Source: Halocafeteria seosinensis (lineage: Eukaryota). From it: a stretch of 64,000 nt of DNA. The stretch lies in the NCBI GenBank assembly GCA_001687465.1, contig LVLI01000094.1:62001-126000 (forward strand). The letters run 5' to 3'. The translations under genes and the position numbers were made by a program. This document shows positions 39,879-53,300 of the stretch, piece after piece (position 1 is the first letter of the stretch; every line of letters starts with the position of its first letter). The notes under the pieces were generated by a model. It was given only the letters and a program-made list of their open reading frames with translations. It ran no database searches and was not told the DNA's origin.

Positions 39879-41476
39879 ATGAAGCCTCAATATAGCGGTG
39901 GGACGCAACATCGTCGGCAGGACGATACGGAGGAGAGCGATAAGGAGCAAATCAAGACCGCCAAGGCCTCGTTATGGGATAAATTCAGGAAATTTGATGC
40001 TCATCCAAAGACGTCCAATGACTTTAGAGTCCAAACTACCTCAGGAGCGGTCGGTACGTGAGCGTGTAGCGCACAGACCTTATGTTTGTTTGTTCATCCC
40101 TGTTTCGCTGCAGTCTCCGTGTTGACTTTATTGCTCACAATGATACTATTTGCAAATCAAATAAGTCTCCTACTGGGCACGGTATGTCCAATGGTCTCCC
40201 TTTGATTCAGCTGCCATATATATGCATGTGCTCTGATTTGAACAGGAAAAAGTCGAGCACATGAGAGTCGATGATGTGAGGAATGCTAGCTTGAAAGTGA
40301 ACATAAATATCACTTTCAACGAGTACGTTGACGTGCCTACTGTCAACCTCGACTGGTGCCATTTAATTCAAGGGTTAATGTGCTTGAGGTGCAGAATCGC
40401 TTGCGGAAGTGTCAATATGGGAGCTTTGGACGCTTCGGGGAAACCGAAAGAGGACTTAATGCATCATATTGTAAAGCAGAGAGTAGATAAAGAGGGTAAC
40501 CATATTGGAGATAGTGAAAAGGGTGATATGAAGAGTGTTTTACGGATTGGAGAAGATGCTAAGGAGGATAAAAAAACAGATGAAAATTGTGGAAGCTGCT
40601 ACGGGGCAGGAGAGGAAGGGCAATGCTGCAATACATGTGATGAAATTCGTCAGCTGTACAAAAGGAGAGGGTGAGTGTAAATACAGGAAACAAAATAGTC
40701 AGCATAATATATAGCTCGAATGGGAGTTGTTGTGTACTCCATCTGCAGATGGGAATTTCATCCGGGAGGCATGGTGCAGTGTCAAAAGGAAGGGATTGTT
40801 GGGGATGGTTCAATAACGTCTGAGGAAGGCTGCAATGTCAAAGGATACGTAATACTCCCCAAGGTATGTCTTAAGTCATAACACCAAAAGAAGAGGACGT
40901 AGAACAACTATTTCCGTAGGTTTTAACATGGAACTGCAGGTATCCGGACAATTTTATTTTGCCCCACGTTACCAGCACTTTGGAAGGAGCATGCCCGGGA
41001 GTGAAATTGTTAGCTTGAGCCATGAGCAGTTCAACACTACTCATACTATCCATTCTTTGAGCTTTGGTACACCTTATCCTGGTGTATCTAACCCATTAGA
41101 TGGAGTTTCGCGTGTGCTGCCCAGAAACGAGCGAGGCATGCACCAATACTACCTGAAAATCGTGCCAACCGAATACCGTAAAGCCAATGACCCTGACCCT
41201 GTGGAGACGAACCAGTACAGCGTCACGGATCATTTCCGTCACCTGAGTGCTAATTCTCAACGTTCGCTTCCTGGAGTTTATTTCTTCTACCAGCCTAGTC
41301 CGATTCGTGTTACCATTGAGGAGAAGTATAGGAGTGTAGGCCATTTCCTGACTTCCGTTTGCGCCATCATTGGTGGAGTATTTACAGTTATGGGAATGAT
41401 TGATCAATTAGTATACTCAGTGATTTCCTGGTGGGAGCACAAGAAAGACAAAGCATCGCTCGGTCTTATTGCGTGA
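39879..41476 (+). CDS. ERGIC3: ER-Golgi intermediate compartment protein ERGIC3/Erv46-like
   Basis: FRKFDAHPK...RVQTTSGA, CGSCYGA..CCNTCDEIR, NTTHTIHSLSFG, QYYLKIVPT, PGVYFFY.PSPI, FLTSVCAIIGGVFTV. Confidence 0.93.
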
Positions 41477-42519
41477 AGGGACTACCTCCTTCTTAATGTT
41501 TGGTGCAGCGATTCAGCCGCGTGAACTGTCGGCACATATAAACCACAGATCAATAGCGAGTACAACGACTTAAAAATTCGTCGCTGCTGCCCCTTCCGCC
41601 TACTATCTTGAAGCATGTCTTCGGTGAACTTCCACTTTACTTGCACCTTCACAAACGTAACAAGACCATGTTGATACATTTAAGCTACCAGAGCGGGTAG
41701 TTGGTGTCATTTGTATTTTAGGCTCCCGAACTTCGGCTAGGGTTCAATGTTTTTGTTAATGTCAAGAAGCTCTGAGTTTATCATGTGGCTTCGAGAATGG
41801 GTTCATTGAATCCATTTGAATTATACTTGGAGTGGCTACAGTATCACCCAGGCAAACACAAGACACAAGAGACTATTTACTACTACATTCGAGTCGAGAA
41901 AGGCCGTAAAGCATCGTCAAGGACTGATGAAAGTAGCAGCAGTGATTCGATAGAGGATGGATCTGCTCAGGGAGAGCAAGCATTTAGCGCCAGCGATGAG
42001 TCGGTGGCAGGGACGCTATCATGGCCGAAATGTATTCTGTACTGAGTACAGTCGGAAGCGGAGTTTCTAAACTTCAGTCGCCAATGCCCGTACTTTCAAG
42101 GAGCAGCGCATTTAGGACTGCTGTCAGAGTGCCGCGAGACTCCGGAAGCATTTACCGATGACCTCTGAGAGTTTTCGTCACCTGAGCCGCGTTACCCGCC
42201 ACGGCGTACGCGCCACTGTGAAAATTCGGACTGTTTCGGACCCGCTCCAACTCCCTTCTACTCCTTATCATGTGTGTCAAACACGTTCGACACGAAAATG
42301 ATGGCATGCGATGGTTACATACTGGCGTATACCCGAGCCTTGAGCTCTCTTTGACGTCGAACTCGTTCACACTTCGTTCGGACCTGACTGTCCGAAACGA
42401 AGGGACACACGGTCCGAATTCGGCATACATGGTACATGTATTTTATAACGCCTATCGATAAACGCCCCCAATTTTTTTATTAAATTTTATAGTTTAACAA
42501 AAATATAAACTTATATTAA

Positions 42520-43560
42520 TTAAGTGCTGGGCATCATAACTCCAGACTGTATGGGGATATATCTGGGCCACACCATTGGACGAACTAAACTGTCATGCTG
42601 TACATTGGTGGATAGACCGCCGGGAAGAAGATGCAATACACTGGTATCAAGGACGATCACATCGGCGTGAGATTGTGCAACAAAATTTGTTAAAATTTTC
42701 ACGTGCAGCTCAACGAGTCGAAGCCCATTTTCTTAAAAGCTTTTCGAGATGGTGTAAAGAGAACGAAATTACTTCTCCTATTTTATGGGACAGGCAACAT
42801 CTTCGTGACTTCCACAAAGCGTGAAACCGTTTATTGATCTCACCCGCCCAAAAGGACGCGTACAAAGAAGTTCTAGCAGGGCTCGAACCTCGAGCATCCA
42901 ACCAACGAGCCACATCCATATCCCAAAGTCTACCGGTCGATTAGCTTGCTGTTGTGCAAGCAGTATCTCCGAGTGGTTGTGTCTTGAAGTGCATGAAGGT
43001 GTATAATATGCACTTCTTATATAGCCCGCAATTTCAGATGGTATAGTAGCGCTGGCCCCTTATGGGCCTTATATTCCAATCACATACACTGTTTGAAGCT
43101 GTTGATCCCGCCATAGCGCATCATTGCCATTGGCAAATTTGTCGATGCGGCCCGTCATCATGCGGGGATCCTACGTCATGTTTCAAATGTGAAGTGGTTC
43201 GGAAGCCAGCTGAGCCAGCTGCCACTTGGTAGCAGTGGAGTATAATGGTTTGTTGACTGCTCCGTAAGGAGAATCAAGTAAATAAATCAAGTATGTCCCA
43301 TTGGTTGGCTTTAATAAGTAAGGTAGTTGTGGAGTCATGAGATTACTTCCCTTAACCAGCTTCCCGGGTCCCATCAAAGTGGTGCTGGAACACTTTCTCA
43401 ATGGGATCCACACCCATGTCTCAGCCAAGGTAGTTGGTAATGAGAATTCATTGGAGAGTGCCATGGTCACATAGTAAGTGTCGTTCAATTTTTCATCTTC
43501 GTTCTGGGACAATCCGTATCCTGTGTTGTACAGTGGAATAGCGGTGGGACTCGCAGCCAT
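42520..43560 (-). pseudogene. Disrupted intronless coding-like tract, possibly a viral capsid-like relic
   Basis: Successive minus-strand ORF fragments (43183-43560, 42710-42919, 42520-42702) broken by stops and frameshifts, ending at an AT-rich tract 42470-42520. The homology is only a by-eye impression. Confidence 0.2.
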
Positions 43561-44310
43561 ATTGGTGGTGTTACTTGTTGTCGGAGCAATTCAGTAAGTG
43601 TGGACTTTATATAGAGGCTATGCGGTTTGGGTAATTGCATATACGGACGCGTACTCAGATTCTTCTACGGACTGTTCGATGACGAGAAGGATGAGGATAC
43701 CGCTACTTCGCGCGAGGAAGAAATCGAACAAGCCAGATTGGATTATGAGCAAAAACTGAGGGAGAAGAACTTGTTCAACAAAAGTCTTCAAGAGAACAAT
43801 GTGACGGAGGAACAGCTTCCGGATACAAATGACCGCGTCAACGCTGGCGTCGTCAAACGGAAGACTACAGCTACGAAGTGAACCATTGACTTTAACCTAC
43901 TCCTGTATACCGAGCGCATGCGTAGATCGTATGCAACATTCCCGGATAGCACAAGCCTTTATGCATTTTTGCGCCACATGCAACTGATACATCGAGGGCA
44001 ATTTCGAGCAGCCATGAACTCGAGGTGAAATCCCCACAAGCGAACGGAACTGTACGTGTGTTAGACAGGTTTTGGGTGAAACAAGCAAACCTTCGTCAGA
44101 TGGAACGGTGTCCTAGACTACGCTTTTCTTTGATAGTGGCGAAAACGTAGTTTGTAAGCAAATATGGACAATGACTCCTAAGAACTTGCCTTACTATGCG
44201 TATTTACCCGCCTCACTCAAGTTCATTCAACTTCCAGCCTCTATAACATATGGTACACTTCAGGAACGTATTATAGGTGTTAAAAAGCTTCACAAAATAG
44301 GAGATTGTTC

Positions 44311-44393
44311 GCGAAGGTGCCCGAGCTGGTCCAAGGGGCTACGTTCAGGTCGTAGTGTGTTCGCACTCGTGGGTTCGAATCCCACCCTTCGCA
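44311..44393 (+). tRNA. tRNA-Leu(CAG), intronless, long variable arm
   Basis: Acceptor stem GCGAAGG/CCTTCGC+A; D-loop with TGGTCCAA; anticodon arm CTACG-TTCAGGT-CGTAG; T-loop GGTTCGAATCC. Confidence 0.97.
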
Positions 44394-44398
44394 CGATA

Positions 44399-44404
44399 TT
44401 TTTT
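44399..44404 (+). terminator. Pol III oligo-T terminator of the tRNA
   Basis: T6 run 5 nt downstream of the discriminator base. Confidence 0.8.
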
Positions 44405-44732
44405 GTGCTTTCGAACATGGATCGTAGACGCGTGAACTTCTAGACTGTAACTGGCATCATGCTGCCTGGAGGAATATGCAATTTCCACGGCACCAAAAGC
44501 TGAGATTTCTCGTGGAATTGCAGGCTTATGCCGAAGTCTTACGACCCGCAGTCGGAAGTTGCGCCGGAGGAACCCTTTCCGCACTGCTGCACATAATATG
44601 GTAGACAGTCAGTCGAGGATAGACTAACTAGATTCCCCTGAGTTGATACAAACCCCCGGCACTAAATAGGGAGTACTTTATAGTTTCTTTATCATTGTAG
44701 AGCGAGCAACTTAAAGGGATTTTCCTTCAAAA

Positions 44733-47700
44733 ATGGCTGAAGCACGGCGAGCGGTCGAACTCCGCGAAGAATTCAAGCGGGGCATTGAACTCGCCTATGA
44801 TCGTCGAGGTAATTATAGCCGAGCTTTCTCCACTTGTGGCTGAGTCCAACAGCAGGTGCCCACTTTAAGCTTTGCAGGTATCCATGTGGATATTCGATGC
44901 ACCATTCCCCCACCAGGGCAGGCCTATCGACGTGTGAAAGGCTACGTGAAGCACCTCCAACGACGCTTCTATAATTCGCTTTTGTAAGTCGATATTCAGT
45001 CACATTTACGAATAGAAGTATCGGATAAATTTTGGCTTCGTGGGGAGCCGACGGTGGCTCCCCAATACGGCTAAATTAAGCTGCCGTAATGGTATATAGC
45101 CTCGGTATTTAGCCGCTGGTTCTTAACTGTATGTCCCTCGCTTTCCTCTGTTACAGCCCGTATTCGCTCCCTATTTTTCTGTCAGCGGTGGCTGTAGTGG
45201 TGGCGATTGTACTGAGTGCAAAACCTGATAGCTGGTGGCGCAGAGGCTGGCTGGCCACAGCAATATGGAATTTCGTAAGTACTCAGGAGTTCAACTTCAC
45301 ATCGCCAGGAAGTTGTTTATACTTGACGTCTTCTACTTCAGAGCATGATGTTTCCTTGGATTGAAGGAACCCCAAGACTGTTGCGTATCGGAATCTTAGC
45401 AACTTGGAGTGCTGTACTAGGCTTTATCCTTCTGGCCACTCTGCAACGAGCACTACTGCGGCTTTTGCTGTCGTACCATGCATTCTTGTACCACCCACGT
45501 GAGTCTACGGGTCACAGATGCACTCTACTAGTCTGGACTCGCAATGCACTGCCATGTTGTACCCTAACTGAAATTGCAGATGGGAAGCCTTATCCTCTGT
45601 CTTTGAAACTCTGGTTCCTCGCTGTGCGATTTTTGGGAAGTTGCGGCGGAAAACCGACTCTATACAGCTACCAACCGTCGCTGCCCTCTCTTCCTATACC
45701 TAAGTAAGACCGTGTTCGTCCTGAAGCTGAATCTAATCGGGAATTACTGAAAGTTGAAACCTTCCAACAGAATTGAAGATACTTGCTCCAAGTACTTGCA
45801 ACATTGCAAAGCACTATGTGGAGAGGACAGTGAAGAATTCCGCAAAACGAAGGACAATGTTCAAAGTAAGTTTATAGGCAATCGGAAATTTATTTACGTA
45901 AAAGACGGATAATGGATGTTGCTGTTGGTACAGAGTTCCTTGAAGAGGAAGGACCCCGTTTACAGCGATATCTACAAATGAAATGGTGGTTTTCCACTAA
46001 CTACGTGACTGATTGGTGGGAAAAATACGTGTATCTTCGTTCTCGTACATCCATACTGATCAATTCTAACTACTACGTCCTAGACTCTGGAAGATGGACC
46101 CCAAGCTATATCCAAGTAAGTTGCACCCGGAAGTGCTGTATTTGGTGATGAGACACCGTTTCACCAAGACAAATCTCCCGACCAGGAAGCACGCGGAGCA
46201 ACGGTGATCCACGGTTTCTTGAAGTACAAAGAAAAGCTGGAGGAAGAATCTGTTCCTCCGATTGTGATGTCAAAAGCAGTACCTTTGTGTATGTGGCAGT
46301 TCCGCCGCATCTTTAGCACCACACGTATTCCAGGTGAGTTCAATTGTCTTTAATCATGTACGTCGGGTTCCGGATCAATCTGTTGCCATTGTTACAGGAA
46401 AGGAATGCGACGAAATAGTTCATTGGGACCCTGAGGAATCACGGCATATAATAGTGCTGTGTGAAGGTCGCTACTATGTTATGCCCGTGTATACGAGTGT
46501 ACGTCATTTGCTGATGCATGTGCGCTATTCCGCCTAGCGGGAGTGTAGCTTGTTTTTCGAACCTGCTGCAGAACGGACGAATACTGACTCCGGCTCAACT
46601 GCAACTCCAACTTACAGAAATTAGGGCTGACGCGTTAAGCAAGAAGAATGAGGTAGACAAGGCAGAATCGAGAATTGCAGCTCTAACCACGGAGCATCGG
46701 TATGTTTCCATATAGAGGATAATGTTTTCTTGAGTTTTTACCACACCCTTATTGCTTTGCAGAACGAAGTGGGCCGAAACAAGGGAACTCTACTTCAGCG
46801 AAGGTCTGAATCGGCGCTCCCTAAACATGATCGACTCGGCCATTTTCTTCGTACATTTGGTAAGGAGGCGCTGTTGAGGTAGCTTGTAGCTTCGTCAGTA
46901 CTATGCAAACGCGCTACAGGATCAAACTGAGTATGACCTGCTTGATTGGACCGGACGTGGTCGAAGTATTATGCACGGTGATGGAGCCGATAGATGGTTG
47001 GACAAGAGTTTCACGCTGGTCGTCCACCGCAATGGCAAAATCGGCGTCAACGGAGAACACTCATGGGCGGATGCTCCTGTGCTATCTCACATGGTAAGCA
47101 CAGAGTTGCGCATATCCAGGAACTTCGCCGCATAAGATCCGATTGTTTAACTTGATTTAGCAGATGGAGCTGGGAATGATCTTGGTAGAAAAAAACCCTG
47201 AGAACTACTACGAAGAAGACGGCAATACTCGTGGGTATAAAGCGCTTGTTGGGGATCCAAATGCTGCTTTGGAAGACCAGAAAAACTGCTCAGATGCCAC
47301 GGGCTGTGGTCGCGGCTCCATTAAATCGTGGTACCCGTTGAAATGGGCTCTTTCGCGGCCTGCTGAGCAGGCTATTTTCGATGCTCACGAACAAGCAAAC
47401 GGTGCCATTAAAGATCTGGATCTGGAGGTGTGTACAACAGGGGATTGAACCTTAGATGGGAACGAGTGTGAACTTGATCGTTTTACCATTGGTTATGCAC
47501 AGATATTTGCCTTCTCCGACTACGGCAAGGGATTCATGAAGCAGTGCAAAGTCAGTCCCGATGCCTATGTGCAGATGGCTATGCAACTGGCTTACTATCG
47601 CGACCAGAAGGCTTTCGCCGCCACTTATGAGGCAAGCATGACACGGCTCTTCAAGCACGGAAGAACAGAGACTGTTAGGTAAGAATGCAAAATTGCCGTC

Positions 47701-48338
47701 GGTGAAGACGTTTTCTACCCAGCTGCAAATGGTGTTGCTGCAGACCACTGTGTCAAGAGTCCGTTGACTTCGTGCACGCTATGGACGATGAGTCAGTCGC
47801 AGCGGAAGAAAAGCTTGAAAAACTACAGGTAAGAAGAACTTCTCTTTTTTCACCGGATATCGAATCTATGGAAAACCGAGTTTTGTACACTCGCACCCTA
47901 CAGCGTGCCGCTAAGCATCATGTCAGGACGTACCAAGATGCCATGGCTGGATACGGGATCGATCGACATTTGTTTGCGCTGTATGTAGTGTCTGTAGGAA
48001 AGGAAATCGATTCCCCTTTCTTGAAGGATGCTTTGTCCGTCCCTTGGAAGCTGTCAACTAGTCAACAACCGCAACAGCAGACTGATCTTTGGGATATCAA
48101 GGATCCAAAGAATGCGAAACAAATTAGTCCGGGTGGAGGCTTTGGGCCTGTAGCTGATGATGGCTACGGAGTCAGCTATATGATTGCGGGCGAGTCAGAG
48201 CTATTTTTCCATGTCTCATCGAAGCATTCCTCCGAAAATACGAGTTCTAAGGTATTCGTAGAGAACATTTGCAAAGCATTGAGAGATATGAAGAGCCTCC
48301 TCGGATTGGCTCTTGATCGACAGCAGCAAAAGCAGTAG
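44733..48338 (+). CDS. CPT1: Carnitine O-palmitoyltransferase 1-like, many exons, two N-terminal TM segments
   Basis: N-terminal [59 protein letters not shown] (catalytic His), [46 protein letters not shown]. Confidence 0.95.
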
Positions 48339-48405
48339 CGTCTTTCTTCTCTAGTGCTAAGTATTGTATTCCGCGTTCTGCACATAGATAATTCATTATA
48401 ATCAT

Positions 48406-50181
48406 TCAAGATGACATACGCTCTACGAACTCCCGTAAGTATCGCGCTACGGGGAGATTCTTCTCTACACCACCCTCTCCTACGGCGTACATGGCAGCCA
48501 AGTTAGACCATGCTTGTAGATTACCGTTTTCCCCAGCTTTCTGATAGAAGAGGAAAGCTCGACGCTTATCTTTCTCCGTCCCCAAGCCGTTATAAGCCAT
48601 TACCCCGGCGTTGAGCAGGCATTCTGAATGATTTAAAGCCGCACCCTTGACAAATGCGTTGAAGGCGTTTTCGTAGTCCTGGTCAAATTCTTCAGAGCCA
48701 GTTGCGTAGCATGTTCCAAGTTCGTAGAGAGCATCCGATTCCTCGTGTGCACATGCTCTGATTAGTAGCTGTACGGAGACATCACGATTCTGCTCTAGCT
48801 CTAATGTTTTTGAGCCTTCCCGATACAGCCGCGATAGATACAATTCAGCGCCTGTAATAGGCTTAGAATAAATTCAAACAGTTGCAATTGGAGTGTTTGT
48901 TGCCAACTTACCTCCATGGTTCTTTTCCGCGGCCCTAAACAAGTATTCTGAAGCAAGCTTTCCATCTATAGGAATGTTTCTATCCGAATCACCCCAATGG
49001 TATAACTGGCCTAACCAGTATTGACTTGAAGGGTCTCCGTTGGCCGCTGCGTACGCAAAACACCCCAAAGCCAACTGTGTCATCACGGAGTCGAGATTAA
49101 ATGTAATTTCTCCTTCTCTTGGCATGTCACTTCTCTGTCGAATTAAGTTTCTTGATTCCCCGTTCCAGTAGAGTTGACCTAAATTAAAGAACGCATCCAC
49201 GAATGACGACACCTTGGAAGACTCCTCAGAGACCCACTGAGCAATCCATCTGCAGGCGCCCGAGGGATCTATAGCGTTTATCCCTTTAAGCAACGTACCG
49301 GTTGAATCTTCTCCCTTGGTGTCTTGTAGGGCTCGACTAATTAGGTCGATACCCCTTCCGAACGCTGCTCGTTCATATCTCAATTGTGCTGTCACGACGT
49401 CGGACTGCTCTAGCGCCATGTTCCCTAAAAGAATATTAGCTTCCGGGTGGTTATGTTGGTCTGCCGCGCATTGTAACCAGTAGACACCTCTATCTTCATC
49501 CGGATGTAGTGTCATACGTCGAGGGTCAATGTCCCGGTATAAGAAACTCTTATCCTGGTCATTGGACGACAAGTCCTGTAGTGATTTAACTTCGGGTAGA
49601 CCTCGGGCTCGTTTATTGCGGTTGATTCGAGCCAACCGTCTCGATTGACGAACTTCCTTGAAAACTTGCTTCTTCTTGTCCGGATCCACATCCTGGTACG
49701 CTTGCAGGTCCTCTTCATTTAAATCCTCTTCAATAGCCTTCAAAGTCCTGGCGTCATTCTCCTCGTCGTCATACGTAACTTGACTGAATTTCGACGGATC
49801 AAGCCATAAGCGCCCCAACCAATACTGCGCGTCGGGATCATCGGCTACAGCGGCTTCGTGCAAGTCATTGTGGGCGTCTACCAGGGGTGGACGCTCCCGT
49901 GCAAAAGGTCCAACTCCAAGCAATTTCCATCTCCCAAGACGTCCTTTGGCAGCGAGGTGCCCGTGCTGTGCTGCCTCTTGTAAGTACCCATATGCTTCCA
50001 CCAGGCGCTCGTCATTCGCAGATCCACTACCACTGCTCTTGCTCGCCTGAATAAGCCCCACAGCGCGCTCATACAGGGAGAAACTGGAGGAACATAAACC
50101 TCGTGTCTGTCTGTGAAGATGGACAACTGGGGGAGCAGGGCAATACCGGAGCATCCAATGAGCCACTCGAGGCCGGAACAT
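48406..50181 (-). CDS. Sel1-repeat protein with a probable mitochondrial targeting peptide, 2 exons
   Basis: Arg-rich, acid-free N-terminus; repeated AA.G...AQY.LG units (DPDAQYWLG, DPSSQYWLGQLY, DALYELGTCYATG). Confidence 0.85.
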
Positions 50182-50377
50182 ATCTACAAGAGGAGAAGGT
50201 ATTTATCTTCCTATCCACGTGGAATGGATCGACAATACATGAACGATATACGCAATGAACGTGTGGTATTGACACTTCAACACACCTTCACAAAACATAA
50301 ATGATTACCACACAGTGTCAATGTCTCTCTGTCTTGGCGCAATTATCTACGCTATACCCGAAGGCACCAGCGCAACC

Positions 50378-53300
50378 TTACCGACCAATAGCCAAAGACG
50401 TGTTAGCACGCTTTAGCTGGCTAATGTGTCGCTTGTACTCAAGATCCAAGTACGCTGCCTTCTCTTCACTTGTTTGCTCATCGTGGGCGAAATCTGTAGT
50501 CGACAAATTCCGAGCGTGGTGCGAAGCACGGTTGCGTTGGCCAGATGCCGAAGAAACTGCTCTAAACGTGTCCACAATTGTCGGCAATAAGCCACGGGCT
50601 TTACGACGACGGGGTGTTTCCGGTGATTCTGCGTTGACGCCCTCTTCTGTTGTAGTGATCACGACGTGGTCACCCGAGCTCGTGTCCCGTGCTGCCGGTG
50701 TGGAGCGTGGAACAGGTTCTGGGGTTTCAGTTGTCCCTTCGCTTTTCGTTGATTCAGTGCCACTTTCGACAGACGAAAGCTTTCCGAACTGGGCGAGGAT
50801 TCTCGCGTTGGCATTCGCAATATCGTTCTGCATTTGCTCCTTCTTAGACTGCGGAAGATACCGGAGGCCGCTCTTCACACAATCTCGCTCCCCGAAATCT
50901 TCCAAATGCGGGGTATTCTCTAGTCTAGCCTGAATATCAGCACGCTTATAATTAAATGCTGCAATACCCTGCTCGAGCTTCTGTACCTCGTACGCGGCAT
51001 CGAGTCTCACTCCCAGTCGAAGCAATTCGTCTTTCTTCTGCTCCCACGTCTTCTTTGGGACGCTATCTAACAACGTATTTATTTTGTACTGGCAATCGAA
51101 GACAGTATTAAAATCAATATCGTCGCTTGTCGGCTTCACGAAGAGTTGGCTTTCTTTGACCTGTATGGCGTAGGAAGGGAAGAACATTTTTCGCGTAGCC
51201 ATCAAAATTGCGATTGGCAAGAGTGCCGCTGCTACTCCCACTAGTTGGAGTAGCCAGAAAGTGTCACTTCCAAAGAGACGTTGCATTCCGCCCTGTATAC
51301 CGTCAGCATCCAAGGCATCAAAAATGAACGCGCAAGCAACCCATGACACTGCCGAAAGAAACACCACCACTTGGTAAAGATAGTGATGCATGGAAGTGTG
51401 AGCGCCTAATCGCGCAGTGACGATGATGATCACCATGGTAAAAGCCACTGTACCTAGTTCAAACACACTAGGGGTATATCCGTTGGGGTCCGGGTCGTAA
51501 TAAGCTTGTTCAGAGAAAAAGAAAGTGATAAGACTTTCATAGACAGCAGATAGAACCCACAAGGCGAAAACGGAAACGTTTAACATCGTTCCTGATTGGC
51601 TAGTTCGATAAAGGTGAGGGAATTCTTGGGCATTTTCCGCGTCAATATCTTGGTCTAGCACGGCTACGAGGAGTATTGGTAGCCCTGTATACACAAGGTT
51701 AAACGTCTGCGTGGCCAACTCAATGTAGAATTTTTGTCCACTCCAACCGGTAAACGCCGAGTACCAGTATTGGGCCAATGTGAATAGCGCATTTTTGTAA
51801 AACATATAGGCAATTAGTGTCGCCATGCGTATGTAGTTCCAACGACCGTGGACTAAGAGTAATCGTTTGAGCACCTTGAACTGGGGGATCTTATAGTCAC
51901 TGCTATTCGCCGCTCCGCTACCTTCTGCGCCGAGGATGCCAACGCCAACATTGGCAGCATTTATCATTTCAACATCGTTTGCACCATCGCCAATAGCCAA
52001 ACATTTTGCCCCCTTTACGTTGTTTTTGATCAGTAATAGCATACTGCGTTTCTGTTTCGGCCTGCAACGACAGCAAATCACGGAAGCACACTTCTCCGTG
52101 ACGGTGCACAAATCTTCGCTCATTCTTTTGTCGTCCAACAAAATTTGCAGAGCATCTTTGTCAACAACTAACGCCTGCGGAGCATTGTGAACCTCTTCCA
52201 GAAGCTTTAGCTTCAATTGGAAAATCCTTTTCTCTATCATAGCCTTGCCGCTTAAACGAGCGTCTGCGTTTTCGGCGTTCGGATTACCTCGATAGTTATA
52301 TAAATCGCCTATTTCTTCGGGGACTAACCCATCGCGTTGCAGCTGACCAAGAGTTAGTACATGTCGTTCGTGAGAAGACGTAAGCATATTCACCCCGTAT
52401 CCAATATTGATCGCCGTTTCTTCTTTGTCCCCTGTAAGCATGTATATTTTGATGTTTGCTTGGGATAACGTAGCGATTGTTTCTGCAACTTCATCTTGTA
52501 ATCGATCCTCAATCGCCGTAGCCCCTTGTAATCTCATATCTTTTTCTATGTCGTCCATGCACTTGTCCATCGCCTTCTTCTTTTCAGCTTCGTCATAGAG
52601 ACTCCGAGCGTCCGACCAGCGTTTGAGCCAGTCCTCAAGTGTCTGTCGATCAAGTTCTTTCATTGCGAAGGCCATCGCACGCAGCCCATCAGCACCAAAC
52701 TCTTTAATGTGTTTTTCGGTGTCAATACGTAATTGCCGCTCCTTTGCCATGACTTCGTTGTCTTGACTTGGTTCCTCAGGAAGAGCATAAAGCTTTTCTC
52801 CTACCGCGTTGTCTGCTCCTTTGGAAAACAAGATGTATCTCTTTGGGTGGTCTTCTGGCACATTGCAGTCCTCCAGTATGACACTCATCATCCCTCTCGC
52901 GGAAGAAAAGGGGAGTAAAGCGTGCAGATGGAAAACAAGTTCGCTCGTCCCTCCAGTTGCCGGATCCCTGACTCGCAGCTTCCTATCACTTCCATTTTCT
53001 TCCAAATACTGATACCCAAAATATTTTGCGGCGTACGCGAATGATTCTTCGTCCGGGGATGCCGAACTATACTTGATGGAACCATCCTTGGATGGTTCTA
53101 TCTCTACTGTGTGATCTAGGGCTAGATTGTAAAAAAAGTACATGATATCATCTCGTTTTTCTGGAACCTTCTGCGCTTCGGATATTGTCGTCCCAACCGC
53201 CGAATTTTCGTAAAATTTCACTTTTTCAACGGGACATTCCATACTGTCGGCTTCATTCAACAACTTCTCTAATTCAGCTACATGCGCGTAATCCGCCTCC

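Noticed and set aside
42576..42824. Plus-strand ORF with KSFSRWCKENEI, like a tyrosine-recombinase N-terminal domain
   Set aside because: No catalytic R-H-R-Y region follows; may be antisense to the minus-strand relic.
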